DNA of 63,915 bases, filler included, from Rhabdomonas costata (lineage: Eukaryota), in assembly GCA_019059605.1 (NCBI GenBank). It is 37 parts of 37 records of this genome, joined end to end, with 100 filler letters (N's around TTAATTAATTAA, not from the genome) between each part and the next. Parts side by side here need not be neighbours in the genome. Positions count along the whole stretch, not along the records: positions 36,350 to 37,975 come from JAHMHO010011688.1; positions 38,076 to 39,705 come from JAHMHO010011689.1; positions 39,806 to 41,434 come from JAHMHO010011690.1; positions 41,535 to 43,163 come from JAHMHO010011691.1; positions 43,264 to 44,894 come from JAHMHO010011692.1; positions 44,995 to 46,627 come from JAHMHO010011693.1; positions 46,728 to 48,356 come from JAHMHO010011694.1; positions 48,457 to 50,085 come from JAHMHO010011695.1; 29 more parts are not named here. One strand, written 5' to 3'. The stretch's first letter is position 1. Every line of letters starts with the position of its first letter. The notes beneath the pieces were generated by a model, which saw only the letters and a program-made list of their open reading frames with translations, did no database searches and was not told the origin of the DNA. This document shows positions 37,971-50,055 of this stretch, in pieces. The translations under genes were made by a program, and so were the position numbers.

Positions 37971-39907
37971 ACCACNNNNNNNNNNNNNNNNNNNNNNNNN
38001 NNNNNNNNNNNNNNNNNNNTTAATTAATTAANNNNNNNNNNNNNNNNNNNNNNNNNNNNNNNNNNNNNNNNNNNNGTGGTGGGTGTGTTTGGTTGTTGTG
38101 GGTGACCAACTTTTAACGGGTCCTCTGGCCTTTCTATTGGTGGATCTGTGTTCTGATAATGAGGCATCTACAGTGTGGTGGGACCCTGCACTGGCATTCA
38201 TTTGTGGTTTCGGAGACGCTGCACGATACGTTCAAGCTCAAATTTGGGACTCATCGGAGACTCCTCCAGTGGCTGGTTTCTCGATTACTTCCCACAACCA
38301 TTGGTCCCAAAGAACGCTCCCCGCTGCTGCTGAAGTCTACATGGAGCAGCCTGCTTTCACATCACCGCACTTCCCTCTTTGAAGCCCAAGATATGCCACG
38401 CGTGCAGTTTCGAAGGCTCTTTAAGGCCCAGACGCACGCCTCTGTATGGATGAGAGCACACATCAGAGCCGCAATTGACATCATCTTTGCCTCCTCTGAT
38501 TTCCATCTTCTCTTCCGGAGCTTGATTGTGGTCCCCGTCTTTCCATGTAAGCTGCCCTATGCCAAGACTGCGGCTCCCATGGATATACACACGCTTACCA
38601 CGTGCTGTGATGCGTAGCAAATGTCAATACGCGCGGAACACGGCCACGATTGCGGAAGAGACGGGATTCATCTGCATTATGGAACAAGGCATTGATCAGT
38701 CCAGTAATCTGCCATCAAGACATTTATCTGATCGGCTTACCCCCACCTTACAAATTTTCCGTTTTGTACCCTGACTTTGGAACCATTTACCAATAACATT
38801 TTTGTAACCCTAACATTTCCATCCTGTTTCAGTTTTTGTATTTACATGTATTTTGTGCTTCAAAGTCTTTGTTTCGGTGTGCCTAGTTTCACCTGCAAGT
38901 ATCTCTTGAGTTTTTCCTGTAAATTGGTGATAAAATTTCCTGAATGGAACGCTGGACTTGTATTATTCAGAGTAATTTCTGGTCATTGGTTCAGCAGTTC
39001 CAAATGGTTCCCATAATATTCCAGATGTTTTGTTAACATTTTCTGCAACACGCCTTGAAATTGGCCAGTTTGATTTTGCAAAACACCTTACGCATTTCCA
39101 GTTCGTACACTTTACGGAAAACAAGCTCCAAATCCGAGTGCATCCGAGAAAAACACTCAGCCTCTACTCCTCGGAGTTGGCCACGATGAATAAACACCTA
39201 GTTGTAGAAGTAATTTAATATGCATGTGCTTTGTAAGTTGAAGAGTGTCTCCCCTTGCTTTGCTGTGGCAGGCTTTGGCCTTTTCCTGCCGCCCGCGCCT
39301 TGGCGCGAGACCTGTGGCCTCCCTCTATTTTGCCCCCCCTCTATTTTGCACCGCAAAGCACTCCCTCTCTTGCCCTTCCCTGCGCCTCCGTGCGCCTGTT
39401 TCTTTCGTCTGCCCGCGCGCCTCCCCTAGAAGTCACCCCTCTCTTAGGTTCGGCCCTTTTGTGCTTCTGTGCCACCGCTGCTGCGTACTGCCTTGAACCT
39501 TGGCGAGACGCCGTGTTACACATGACGGGGATGTGCCGTCGTGTGCCCCTTCCATATCCTTATCTTTGGGTGGATGAATGCCTAAACTGCGGTGTGAAAA
39601 AACGGGTTGGTTCTGGCAGAAATTGGCAAAACGTACTGGTCTCAGAACGAAAGTATTCCGTTTTGCGGCATGTGTACGATATTGTGCATTTTTTGTGTCG
39701 GCTTTNNNNNNNNNNNNNNNNNNNNNNNNNNNNNNNNNNNNNNNNNNNNTTAATTAATTAANNNNNNNNNNNNNNNNNNNNNNNNNNNNNNNNNNNNNNN
39801 NNNNNGGGTTGGTGGGCAGAAAAGTGTCGCCTTTTTTTGAGGGGGGGCTCTGCCTGCGTTCGCTTCTGGGACTGGTGAGTGGAGCTCTCGTTGCGTCTGC
39901 CACACAG

Positions 39908-40635
39908 ATGCTGAACGGGAAGTTTTACGACTATGTCTTTGACATTGACTTGAACGGGGATGGCAGCGGAAACTTCAAGCTGGGCTACAATAAGGGAGAG
40001 AATCCCTACATGGCGGCGCAGCAGTTTATCTGGTGTACACGCCTGTAGGAACACCCCGCCTCTGACAGTAGGCAGACATAACGAACCCCTTACTCTCAAC
40101 CTCCCTTGCCACCCTCCCTGTCTTGTAAGTGCAAGCTGCTGCTGCAGAGAATGCAAGCCTGTGGCCGCACTGTTTTTGTCCGTTTGCAAAGGGACCAGTG
40201 GAACGCACTAAGAAGTGTGGTGATTCTGAGAGGATCGCGGGGCATATCAGAAAAGTCGTGAGGAAAGTGGTAATTTTCTCGAGACGTCCGGTGCAGCTTT
40301 GGGGCAATGCGGGATTTATATCCTTCCCAGCTCTCCCTTTCTCTCCTTGTTGGTGCACCACACTGTTCCTGTTGAACATTTGCGGACTACACTGCAGCCC
40401 CTACCAGGGTTTCAGAAAGAAGGTTGAGTTGTTTGCCTCCTTTGTTTTGCTTTATTGTTTTCACCACAGGGACCACAGCGAAGAGGGAGTGGGCCAGCAC
40501 TTTCTGGACGAGATTGCTTCCTTCATTGTGGCCAACTCTGACCAGAGTGCGGTTGCCACAATGGGCAACCCTGACCCTTTGACCGGAGGCGCGTCGTACA
40601 CCACCTCTTCCTCCGCCGCGAGCAGGGCTCCAGTG
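39908..40635 (+). CDS. PLAA: Phospholipase A2-activating protein / Doa1-Ufd3 PFU domain, exons 39908-40032 and 40470-about 40635
   Basis: MLNGKFYDYVFDIDLNGDGSGNFKLGYNKGENPYMAAQQFIW|DHSEEGVGQHFLDEIASFIVANS...NPDPLTGGASY. Matches the PFU signature (YDYVFD.D...KL.YN...NPY..A..FI; DP.TG...Y). Confidence 0.88.
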
Positions 40636-41534
40636 GTTTGTGCTCAGCTGTAATCTCTCATACGACATTAATAAACTCTACCACCACTATCGTCCTGCGG
40701 GTATGGCCCTGATGGGCTTTTTTCGGAGTTGCAAGGATGGTGAAGAAACAGCACAATACAGCAGCAGGCCGACAATCTGTTTGCACTGAAGAAACGGATG
40801 GAGAATGTGATCATCGAAGGAGCTTCACGGGTCTCTTACCGGGTGACTGAGGTGGAGGTTTTGTATATGTTGTGTGGAATGGGGTTGAACGTGATCTGCA
40901 CCTGTTTCATTGCGCACTTTCTTTTCGTAGGGAGGTGCGCTGTTCAGTGACTACGCCCGAGAGGCTGCCGAGAGGGCGGCGCAGGGCGTGGTTAGCCTGT
41001 CAGCCCAGGTTCGCATTGTGCACACCAGGGAGCGGGAACATTATGTATTACTCACCTTTTTTTAGATGCCTATATGCACGCTTCTTGCCAACGTCAGGTC
41101 ATTTTGGTAGCCTTGCCCCACACCCACGCGGAGCACTGCGCTGGTGGTGCTGCATGGTCACGCTGACAGACGGCAGCACCAATATGAGGCACTCGAAAAA
41201 TATTTTTAGTGTTAAATGGAAGGCTTGCGGAAGGCCTCCGGGTGGGGGGGCACTATGTCTTGTCGTCAACTTTGCACACTCATTCACAATAAGGTCATGA
41301 ATCGGCCGACTCATCTGAACGTGCTGCGCCAGTTCGGTGAACGGATGGAAACCGAGTCCTCTTTGTTTTCTATTGACACCGAAAAGAGAGAAAGAGTTCC
41401 ATGTTTTCAAACAAACTGTTTTTCCCCAAACCCCNNNNNNNNNNNNNNNNNNNNNNNNNNNNNNNNNNNNNNNNNNNNTTAATTAATTAANNNNNNNNNN
41501 NNNNNNNNNNNNNNNNNNNNNNNNNNNNNNNNNN

Positions 41535-42754
41535 GTGGTTGGTGGAGCTTCGGGTTGAGCCACTGGTGCAGGGTGGCCGGCGGCCTGCTGTGCCGCGGCT
41601 GGCGGAGCACTCAGAGGTGGCAGCGCAGGCAAACTTGGAGGAGGAGCTGCTTGGAAGGTAGGTGTGGAGACGACGAACGGTGCAGCAGGAGCAGGCGCAG
41701 GAGTTGACTTTGGAGGCTGTGCCGTGTACGGCGTAGAATTGCTGGGGAATTGTGATGGGGAGGTAAAGTGCGGAAATTGGGAAGCAGAGAACGGGGACAG
41801 GGATACCTGAGAAGTGGAGAAGCTGGTGTGCGCTTTCGGGGTAAAGGTAGCCGGCAATGACAAATGACGAGAGACAGGGGGAGAGAAAGAAGTAGTTGCA
41901 GGTGCCTCCAACGCTGAGAAGCTGGTTTGAGAAAGAGGGCGAGAGGAAGTAGTAGTTGCAGGTGCCTCCAGGGCGAGGAAGCTGGTGTGAGGGATGGGAG
42001 AAGGGAAAGAAGTAGTTGCTGGTGCCTCTAGGGCGGGGAAGCTGGTGTGAGGTCTGGCTGCCACAGAAGCTTGATGAGGATATTGCGAAGCATAGGGACT
42101 ATAAAAAGTAGCATTCGTCACAGCTTGGGGGGTGGTGAAGGTTGAAGATGAAGGGGGAGCAGGGGCTGGTTGTGAAAGCTGCGGAATGTAGGAAGCGGAA
42201 GCCACGGGCACCACAGGAGCAGACAGTCGCCGTGAAGACGAGGTCGGTGGTGTGTAAGCCGGTAAGGATGGGGCAGCGTAAGATTCAGCATAAGGCGCAA
42301 CGGTTATCGAAGTGGTGGAGCTGTAACGCTGTGTGGTGGCAGGGGCAAGAGCCTCATACCCAGCACTCGGTAGGCTAAGCTGCGAAACTGTGGCAGCTGG
42401 TGCTGCTGCCGCTGGTGCGGATGTGCTGTAAACGGAAGAGTAGTTGCGGGCCGGGGCGGAAGTAACAGCGGCAGAACTGGCTGCTAAGGAAGTAGTGGTT
42501 GCGGTGGACCCGCCGTATGCCGGAGTGGGGTAATCATAGGTCGACGCAGCAACTGGAGAGGTGTAATTGTAAGCTGCAGCGTCAGCATAGCCGGTGGAAG
42601 CATACCCATAAGCAGGGGCAGCCGCCGCCGTGGGGTAGCCACCGTAGCCACCGTAGCCATAGCCGCTGTAACCGTAACCACTGTAGTCATAACCGCCGCC
42701 ACCGTAACCACCATACCCGCCATAGCCTCCATAACCCGAGACAGCTGCGGACGC
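41535..42754 (-). CDS. Long exon of a low-complexity G/Y- then A/P/S/T-rich protein with internal repeats
   Basis: More than 400 open codons after a CAG acceptor. GYGGYGG... N-terminal part and three 60-bp repeats (about 41881-42060) encoding TSF.ALEAPATT. Confidence 0.7.
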
Positions 42755-44162
42755 CTGAGCAAACACGGTAAAAGTACAATAATACGATCTGAGGGCCAGT
42801 TTTTTAAGTCAGTCATATGCTCCGCGAGGAAATATCCGCAGACCGTGTGTTCATCGCTGGAAGCTGACATCACACACTTACTCAAATTATCTTCATGACA
42901 ATGAAAGCAGATTCTTTGGGAGCTGTAGGCCCTCGGTTTCCAACAAGAAAAAAAAAGCTGAAAGAGCGAAAAAAAAAATCGAGCAAAAAAATCAGAGAAA
43001 GCGCCCACATCATCACATCCATCTCCCGTTCTGTGCAAACCACACCTGCCCTGCAGTGTTTCCCATGTAGCTTCGAGCCGGAAGAGTGGAAAGAATAAGC
43101 GAGAATTGGCAAGAAAGGAAGAAAGGAAGAACCTTGACTGAACAAAAGCAACAGCGAAGAGAANNNNNNNNNNNNNNNNNNNNNNNNNNNNNNNNNNNNN
43201 NNNNNNNTTAATTAATTAANNNNNNNNNNNNNNNNNNNNNNNNNNNNNNNNNNNNNNNNNNNNGGGGTGTGTTTTTTCTGGGGAGGACTCGAGGTCCACT
43301 TCCCCCCACCTTTCGATGGGGCATGGGCCCATCGGGCCTCACACCCTTGTCGGCCCATGTTACTTTGTCCCGCTGTCTTGTCACGTAGGGTTGGTTTACC
43401 CCATGTGGCTTCCGATCCACAGTGTACGCGGGGCCTTGGGAACCCCGATTGGCGCGTTTAGAGATCTCTTTGTGGGTACCCAACCTTCCGCGCTCGTACA
43501 CTTCTCTTTGGGCGCTATTGCCCTTCTGGGTTTGGGTCCTCCATCCCACTCCGGGCTTAGACCCGCTTTCCTGGTGGACGGGCATGGTAACCTTTCTCTG
43601 TCCCTGCTGCCATCTGGACTCTTCTCTCCACTCTCCACTCTCCACTTGCCCGGGCATCCCTTCGTGCCTTGTGGGTCCTCCGTATTGCTTCCTCACTCCC
43701 TCTCTGGTCTCCCGCTTCTCGCTGCCATTCTCCCCTTCTCTCGTGCTGACCCGGGCTGCTCCTGTCCCACCGCCGGCTTTCCGTTCCTCGCTGCCACTCG
43801 CCACTTCTCGCCACACACACACACACACTCACTCACTCATGTACCCCACCTACCAAAGGGGAGCATACATGCAGTGGTACACGCATACGGAGGCGAAGGC
43901 GGATGCGCACAAGCACTGGGACACCTCTCAATATTAGATGCTGCGCTGGGAGGGCCCTGCTCAGTAATGCAGTCTATTTTCTTGTTTTCGGGGTTTCGCA
44001 CCATGTAGCTTACCTTTTACAGCTATACCTTGAAATGAAAGGCCAGTAGAAAGAAAGCCCTGCAAGCTTATTTTTTGGGTGAAACGTGTACTTGTTTGCG
44101 GAAGAAAATGTGTTTTTCACTTTGAACACCTATTGCCGGTGTAGTGCGGGACGGTGGCGCAC

Positions 44163-44690
44163 CTGAACGTTTCCCGCGGTGCTGTTCTTGATGCCCACAG
44201 GCAAGGCCAGCCCGGAAGCCAGCTACGCAAAAGAGGAACGGAACATTCAAAAGATGGTGTTGTCAACAGCCACCATCCCAACAATTCCAATCAATCGGAA
44301 GGCTAAAACTGACAATTTTGTTTGTGACAAAGGTGGCAGAGCTAAGTTGTCTCAAGGTGGCGGGGAAGGTTCTGGTAAAACTGGTGGAGGGCAGGTAATT
44401 AAACGATAAGGTAAACACAACAGGAAGGGACTAACAGAAAAGGTGGGTGCGTTGGAGGGGTTGGGGCAGGGACGGCACAGGACCTGACGGTGGATGGGAC
44501 TCTCCACGGTGCGAGCGCCGACCGAGGCCCAGGCAAGGCCGTCGACGTAGTACTGAAAATGGATCGGGTCGAGCACCTCACATGCCGTGGGCACACCCAG
44601 GGCGTTGATGTCCAGCAGCAGCCGGCGGGCGATGCGCAGGCCCTTGCCCGTGTTAAAGGACCCGCAAAGGTCGGGGTCATTGATCAGCCC
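44163..44690 (-). CDS. Class I (AroF/G/H-type) DAHP synthase, exons 44690-44484 and 44222-44163
   Basis: GLINDPDLCGSFNTGKGLRIARRLLLDINALGVPTACEVLDPIHFQYYVDGLAWASVGARTVESPIHRQ|LASGLALPVGIKNSTAGNVQ. Matches the class I motifs GLINDP, GART.ES..HR.LASGL..PVG.KN. Confidence 0.93.
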
Positions 44691-44994
44691 CTAACCAATC
44701 ACACACGAAAAATGAGAAGGAAAAGTATTTACTGCCTGTTATCTTATAAGGCTCAGCCCGCGTTACAGAGAAATTGAAGCCAGTACAACTTTTTTCTGCA
44801 GACTGCAGTGCAGTACTGAAGTTCTTTCGCGGGCAACTGACAAATACATCCAAAACCAAACAATCTGATCGGATCACAACGCAGAAGGCCGTCCNNNNNN
44901 NNNNNNNNNNNNNNNNNNNNNNNNNNNNNNNNNNNNNNTTAATTAATTAANNNNNNNNNNNNNNNNNNNNNNNNNNNNNNNNNNNNNNNNNNNN

Positions 44995-46143
44995 GGGGTT
45001 TGTTCACTTACAGTGTCCAGCTGTTTGGTAATCTTTCTCTTATGGTTCGATTTTCTGGAACACATTTATACTCTTCTAGTAGTTATTGGGACACACACGA
45101 TGGCATACCTGATGATAACAGCACATATACATTCACGTATTACCAAACATCCGGACATCCTTATAGTGTTTATTATCCTTGCTGGTTGATTACAAAACAA
45201 AGTAGTATTGTTATACCTATGAAAGACGCTGACGTGTAAGAACTTGTTAAGAACAAGTTCTTATCACAGTGTAGTTGCTTATATGATGCTTCCTTCTGTC
45301 CCCGTAGGTAGACGAGTACGTCTCTTTGATTTGAACAATTATTTGAGTACAACCCAATGTTTTATTTCTTCTGCTGGCAATGCAATTATAGAATGGGTAA
45401 GTGGTGGAAAATTATTTGCTCAAAGTGGCGCAAATAGACTATTATTGTACATTGGAAGCTTTTTTATTCCTCTTAATTGAATTATTATCCAATTCATTTA
45501 TTTTATCAATAATTTCTATTAGCTGCTTGTCACTTGCAGGTATACCAAAAGTAACCGTCTTTTGTTTATCATCAACTTCTTTAATTGCATGAAAACACCC
45601 CATTTAATAATATGCATTCATTATTTTATTGTCAACTTTATATTTTGATCTTAAAATCTGTACACATTGTATATAATGAATCCATTCTTAAGCTCGTCGT
45701 CCTGAACACTTGACAATTAAGGTAAATGACATTTTGCCTGATTTTTGTGGTGAAATTGATGTTCCTTCATCATCCTTATCAAACACAAATATTAATTATC
45801 CTTCTGATTATAGTAATTATAGTAATTATATTTTTTATATATTTGAACGTCTATTTTTCTCTCTCATTAAAAAATCTTTGCACACATCAACGAGATGGTC
45901 TATGCATTCTCTACACGGATGAACTATAATATTTTTCACGAAAAATCACGTTTAGACACGTTTACAGGTTGGGTAAAAGTGAACAAAGTTTGGTCTATGT
46001 TTCTTATTCTAACCCTAAAGGATACCATCCCAGCGGGGCGCGGTGGCGGGTTATATTGCTTGGTAAGTTGTGAGGAATGTCCCCTTTTACGAGGCTGAAG
46101 GCCGAGTAAAAAGGGGACGTTCCTCACAACTTACTGTACTACT
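44995..46143. mobile_element. Probable right end of a Polinton/Maverick-like endogenous viral element
   Basis: Visibly AT-rich, intron-less block with small ORFs, ending in ...TACTGTACTACT at 46143 (reverse complement AGTAGTACAGTA). A subterminal hairpin lies at 46063-46134. No hallmark gene is visible. Confidence 0.55.
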
Positions 46144-48113
46144 AGTTACAAGAAATCTTCACCAATTAAAGTTCTGTTAATGCGTTTGTTTTTATTTTTT
46201 TGTGGGGGCTTGTTTTTTCTTTTAAAAGCTCGCTTTGGGTCGTCGCACCCCCGGCCCTTAATCACTGCGAGCTTGGTCAATGCCACCGGAAATGGAAAAC
46301 GCGGGAATCCGCCAAGGCGGTCTCTAATTCCGCTCGCTAATAGCGGAGCGGACTCACAAGAAACAAAGAATACGCGAGTGGAAAGGGAAGGGACCGCAGT
46401 GAAACGGCGAAGAAGATGCGAACACGTGGAACAAATAAACAAGCAAACTAGCGAACAAGCAAACCTTTTGTTCTGAAAGTGATTAAATGAATGTGTACAC
46501 CTAGATTTTTTGTGCCAATTAGCAAACCACACGACCAAGAAACTTTAGTATGTTTTTGATCATCCTGTTTTCCTTGCAGTTCTAAATTCTGTTTGTGTTT
46601 TATATTTTAACATGTTTAGAAAAAAACNNNNNNNNNNNNNNNNNNNNNNNNNNNNNNNNNNNNNNNNNNNNTTAATTAATTAANNNNNNNNNNNNNNNNN
46701 NNNNNNNNNNNNNNNNNNNNNNNNNNNGGGTTTGTTTGTTGCTCGCCTCTCCTGTAATGTCTAAATTCTGATTTGAGAATTTAGTTCTTCGATGTTTTGC
46801 AGTGCAACTTTTATCCTTCCTGATTTACAGAGTCTCTTCGCGGGGCCGACGAAGTCCACCCGCAATGTCACACTGAGTTCTTCTGCTGTGCCTGCTGTGT
46901 AAATTTTCTTGTGTTACGGAATAGCTGTGTGTACTGTCTGAGTGATTAATTGTGAACCTTTGGAGATCTGGTTGTTGAAACCAGTTTCATTTGCCGGCGT
47001 TTAGAAGTTGCCGCCGCATTTTGTCAGTTGTACACTCTGGTTGATGGTGTGGTTCTCACCACGCTTTCGCTTTGCCAAGGGAAAGCATTTTATGCCAAGC
47101 TACTTGAAAGTGCGAGTCCGTTTCGTATACCGAGCCCGAACTTCTTCATCAATGCTGTCGCCCGTCGGTCGCGGAATTGCCGTCGTGGTGGACGGGCGCA
47201 TTACTGCGGGTTTCTTGTGGGCTCTAAAGCGCAGATCCATTTCTATCTCTTCGTGCACAGAACGGGTGGTGAGCAGGCAACCTCTTGCGCCTCTGTGGCA
47301 GCAGGCTCTGGAGGCGAACCATGACAGTCGTTGGGTAGGGATTGTTTTGCGGTGGTTAAAAAAACTTTAAAAATATCATGTAAATTATAAAACGAAGGAG
47401 AATCTATTTGCGGCCATATGAGGTTCCGAAGAAGGTTTTGTTTCCAGTGCTGGGAAACAAAGTCTCCAAAGAAAAGTATCTGTTTCCAGTGCTGGGAACC
47501 TTTTGGTTTTGGCAAAAGTGGGCAAGTATGTAATTTATTGTGAAGATTCATTAAAAACATTACCACGCTAAGCACCACCGGGAGCACTCTTTTGCTGCTC
47601 CTCCTTTTGGGAACACTTGATTCCTGAGTACCGTGTAACGGACATATCTTCTCCTTGATGTCCTTGTCGACGACGAATCGGCTTCCTTTTCAATGCGAAT
47701 GTTTTGTTTCTGAATTTGTCTGTATTCTTCCTAAATGCATGCTTCCGAACTACTATCCGATGCTTTGCACTCTCTGATTTTTTTTGAAATCGTTGTTGGA
47801 CATTTGACGAAATTATACTTAATTGTATTTGTAACTAAATAGAAATAGAATTCGAAATCCGTGGTAATTGCAGGCATATTCCCGTTCATACCTCGTATTC
47901 CCATCCAAATCCAAATTTGGTTCATTTCTCTTCTTGAAAGACACTACTGACTGTTTGGGCATCTTCCTCTTTTCACCTTCCAGGCTTTTTCTCCTGGGTG
48001 TTTGCTTGAACAACGAAGGACATGAATACCGATTATTCAATGATAGTCCTTTTTTGCCGAACGGTCGGTTGCCGTTGAGTTTAATGTTTAAGCAAACGTT
48101 CTCAGAATTGTAG

Positions 48114-48281
48114 GCTCCTGTGTGGGAAATGCCTCGGCTGCTGCAACTGCTTGGTCAGCCCGGGGCCACGGCAGAGGAACAGGAGCTCGTCCAGGCCCTT
48201 GCTCTGCGGGGCATCCACACTGCTGCCCAGCTGGTGGGGGCCCACTACGGGCATCAGTTACCCTCAGATCTCATCGCCAAG
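48114..48281 (+). CDS. Unidentified exon
   Basis: TTGTAG|APVWEMPRLLQLLGQPGATAEEQELVQALALRGIHTAAQLVGAHYGHQLPSDLIAK|GTTGG, a GC-rich island in AT-rich flanks. Confidence 0.45.
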
Positions 48282-49718
48282 GTTGGTGAAAATGCTCGCT
48301 AGTTTGAACGGGACCCGACCCCCACCCTCACCCCATCCGCAACTTTGAAATAACCCNNNNNNNNNNNNNNNNNNNNNNNNNNNNNNNNNNNNNNNNNNNN
48401 TTAATTAATTAANNNNNNNNNNNNNNNNNNNNNNNNNNNNNNNNNNNNNNNNNNNNAGGCTTGCAGGGCCCTTTTTGCGCCCTTTGCAGGCCTGCATGCT
48501 GAGCCTAAGCTTTCGGCCGGGCCTGCTTAGCATACCGAAGGGTGGAGCCCAGGAGTACTTTATGCTGGCACCGGAGTGGGCCGGAACGCTTCGGTTTAGA
48601 GTCACGTCAGAGGCCATTCAAGGGCCATTGTGGGGCGTTTTGGGGGGCCTTTTTTTTTTGCCTATACACAGACTTGGAAGGACCTTTTTTTTGCACTGGC
48701 TTTACTTCGGGCTTCGGGTTTGCATAAAGAAGAGAAAGAACTGTAGGTTGACACACCGTCTGCCCACCTGCAGGCCCGTGTGCCAGCAACGATTTGTATG
48801 ATTGTTTTTGCTTTTCAACTGAAAAGTTATGGTGTCAAAGGGGTCGCCAGTGGCAGGGATATGGTCGGACGAGTGGGACAGAGTGGAACAGCATCAGTTG
48901 CCAAGGGGCCAATGCCGTTCCGGGACGCTTCCAGAGCTGGCGGCTGGGGCGACAATGTGTCTGGGTGCCTTTAACGACCTTATTTAAATGTGCTCGCATA
49001 GAAAGATTGTCCCATCTGAATACTTCAAATTACTTTTTTGCTGGTGCTTTTCTTTCCAATTTTGATTCCAGTTTTTTCTCCTTCTTTGTTTTTCCGTGGT
49101 ACATCGGTGAGCGACCACTTCTTGGAGGGTTTCGGATATCCTCCTGTTGTGTGAAGTGGAACCGAGGAGAGCGCTATGCCGGTGTAAGGCCGTCGTGAGA
49201 GTGGGGAAGTGTCGCCCGGTATTGTGTCTGTGTGGCGAAGATGTCTTGCCTCGTTTCCCGCTGCAGCAGAAAAGGTGGTGATTGCGTTCTTTGCGACGTA
49301 GAAGAGGCGCTTATTTTCGTTGGTCATGCGTGGGTCAGCTGGGTTCGAGTGTTTTTTGTTCCTGAATGTTGGACAAATTAGTTTCAAAAGTTGCTGTGGC
49401 CCTTTCCAAAGTCTCTTCTTTTTCAAAGGCTACTGGAAGTTTTCGTAAAATAATCCGTTCTTAGGTTCATTCTTCCGATGAGGTGGCCAGCAATAAATTC
49501 CAGTAACGGCCGAAAGGACGTAACAGTTGCATAGAAAACAAGGCGTCTTGATGGTTCCTTGCATGAAATTGAAGGCACGGAAGGATCCTGAACCGGCTAT
49601 AACGGCCTAGTTCGATGTGGGAGGCGGGGGCCGGGCTGACAATGGAATCGTGCACGCCACCTGCGCCACCTGATTGTGTCCGGCGTGTGTGTGTGAACTT
49701 GACTGATTGCGGTGAGAG

Positions 49719-50055
49719 ATGATCATGGATCACGCCGACACCTCGGAATACCGGCTCTCCCGCCACGGGGAAGTCCGGAAGCTGGACATGGTCCTGCAGT
49801 CCCACGACCTGGCGCGGGTGGAGATGCCCCCGGATGGCAACTGCCTGTACCGGGCCCTGGCCCACCAGATGGCCCGGGAGTGCGGGGAGTTCCGAGGCAA
49901 GAAGGGCTGGGCCAAGATCAAGGCCCGCATCTTCGAGCGGATGCGCACCGTCCCACTGTACCGCAGCCGGTTCGAACTGGAGATCCTGTGCGACTTCAAC
50001 AGCTGGGAGGAGTACCTCCGGGTGAAGTCCAGCGAGAGGGGCCACCAGGCCTGGG
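49719..50055 (+). CDS. OTU-family cysteine protease (deubiquitinase) exon
   Basis: VEMPPDGNCLYRALAHQM...WEEYL...AWG gives the OTU D-G-N-C-L-(F/Y)-R-A and WG motifs. Confidence 0.88.

Noticed and set aside
38357-38620. VYIHGS motif suggesting a LINE RNase H
   Set aside because: The catalytic Asp is absent and the other motifs are not convincing.
47439-47498. Two copies of TGTTTCCAGTGCTGGGAA separated by 24 nt (CRISPR-like)
   Set aside because: Only two 18-bp copies, eukaryotic context and no cas genes. A local duplication.
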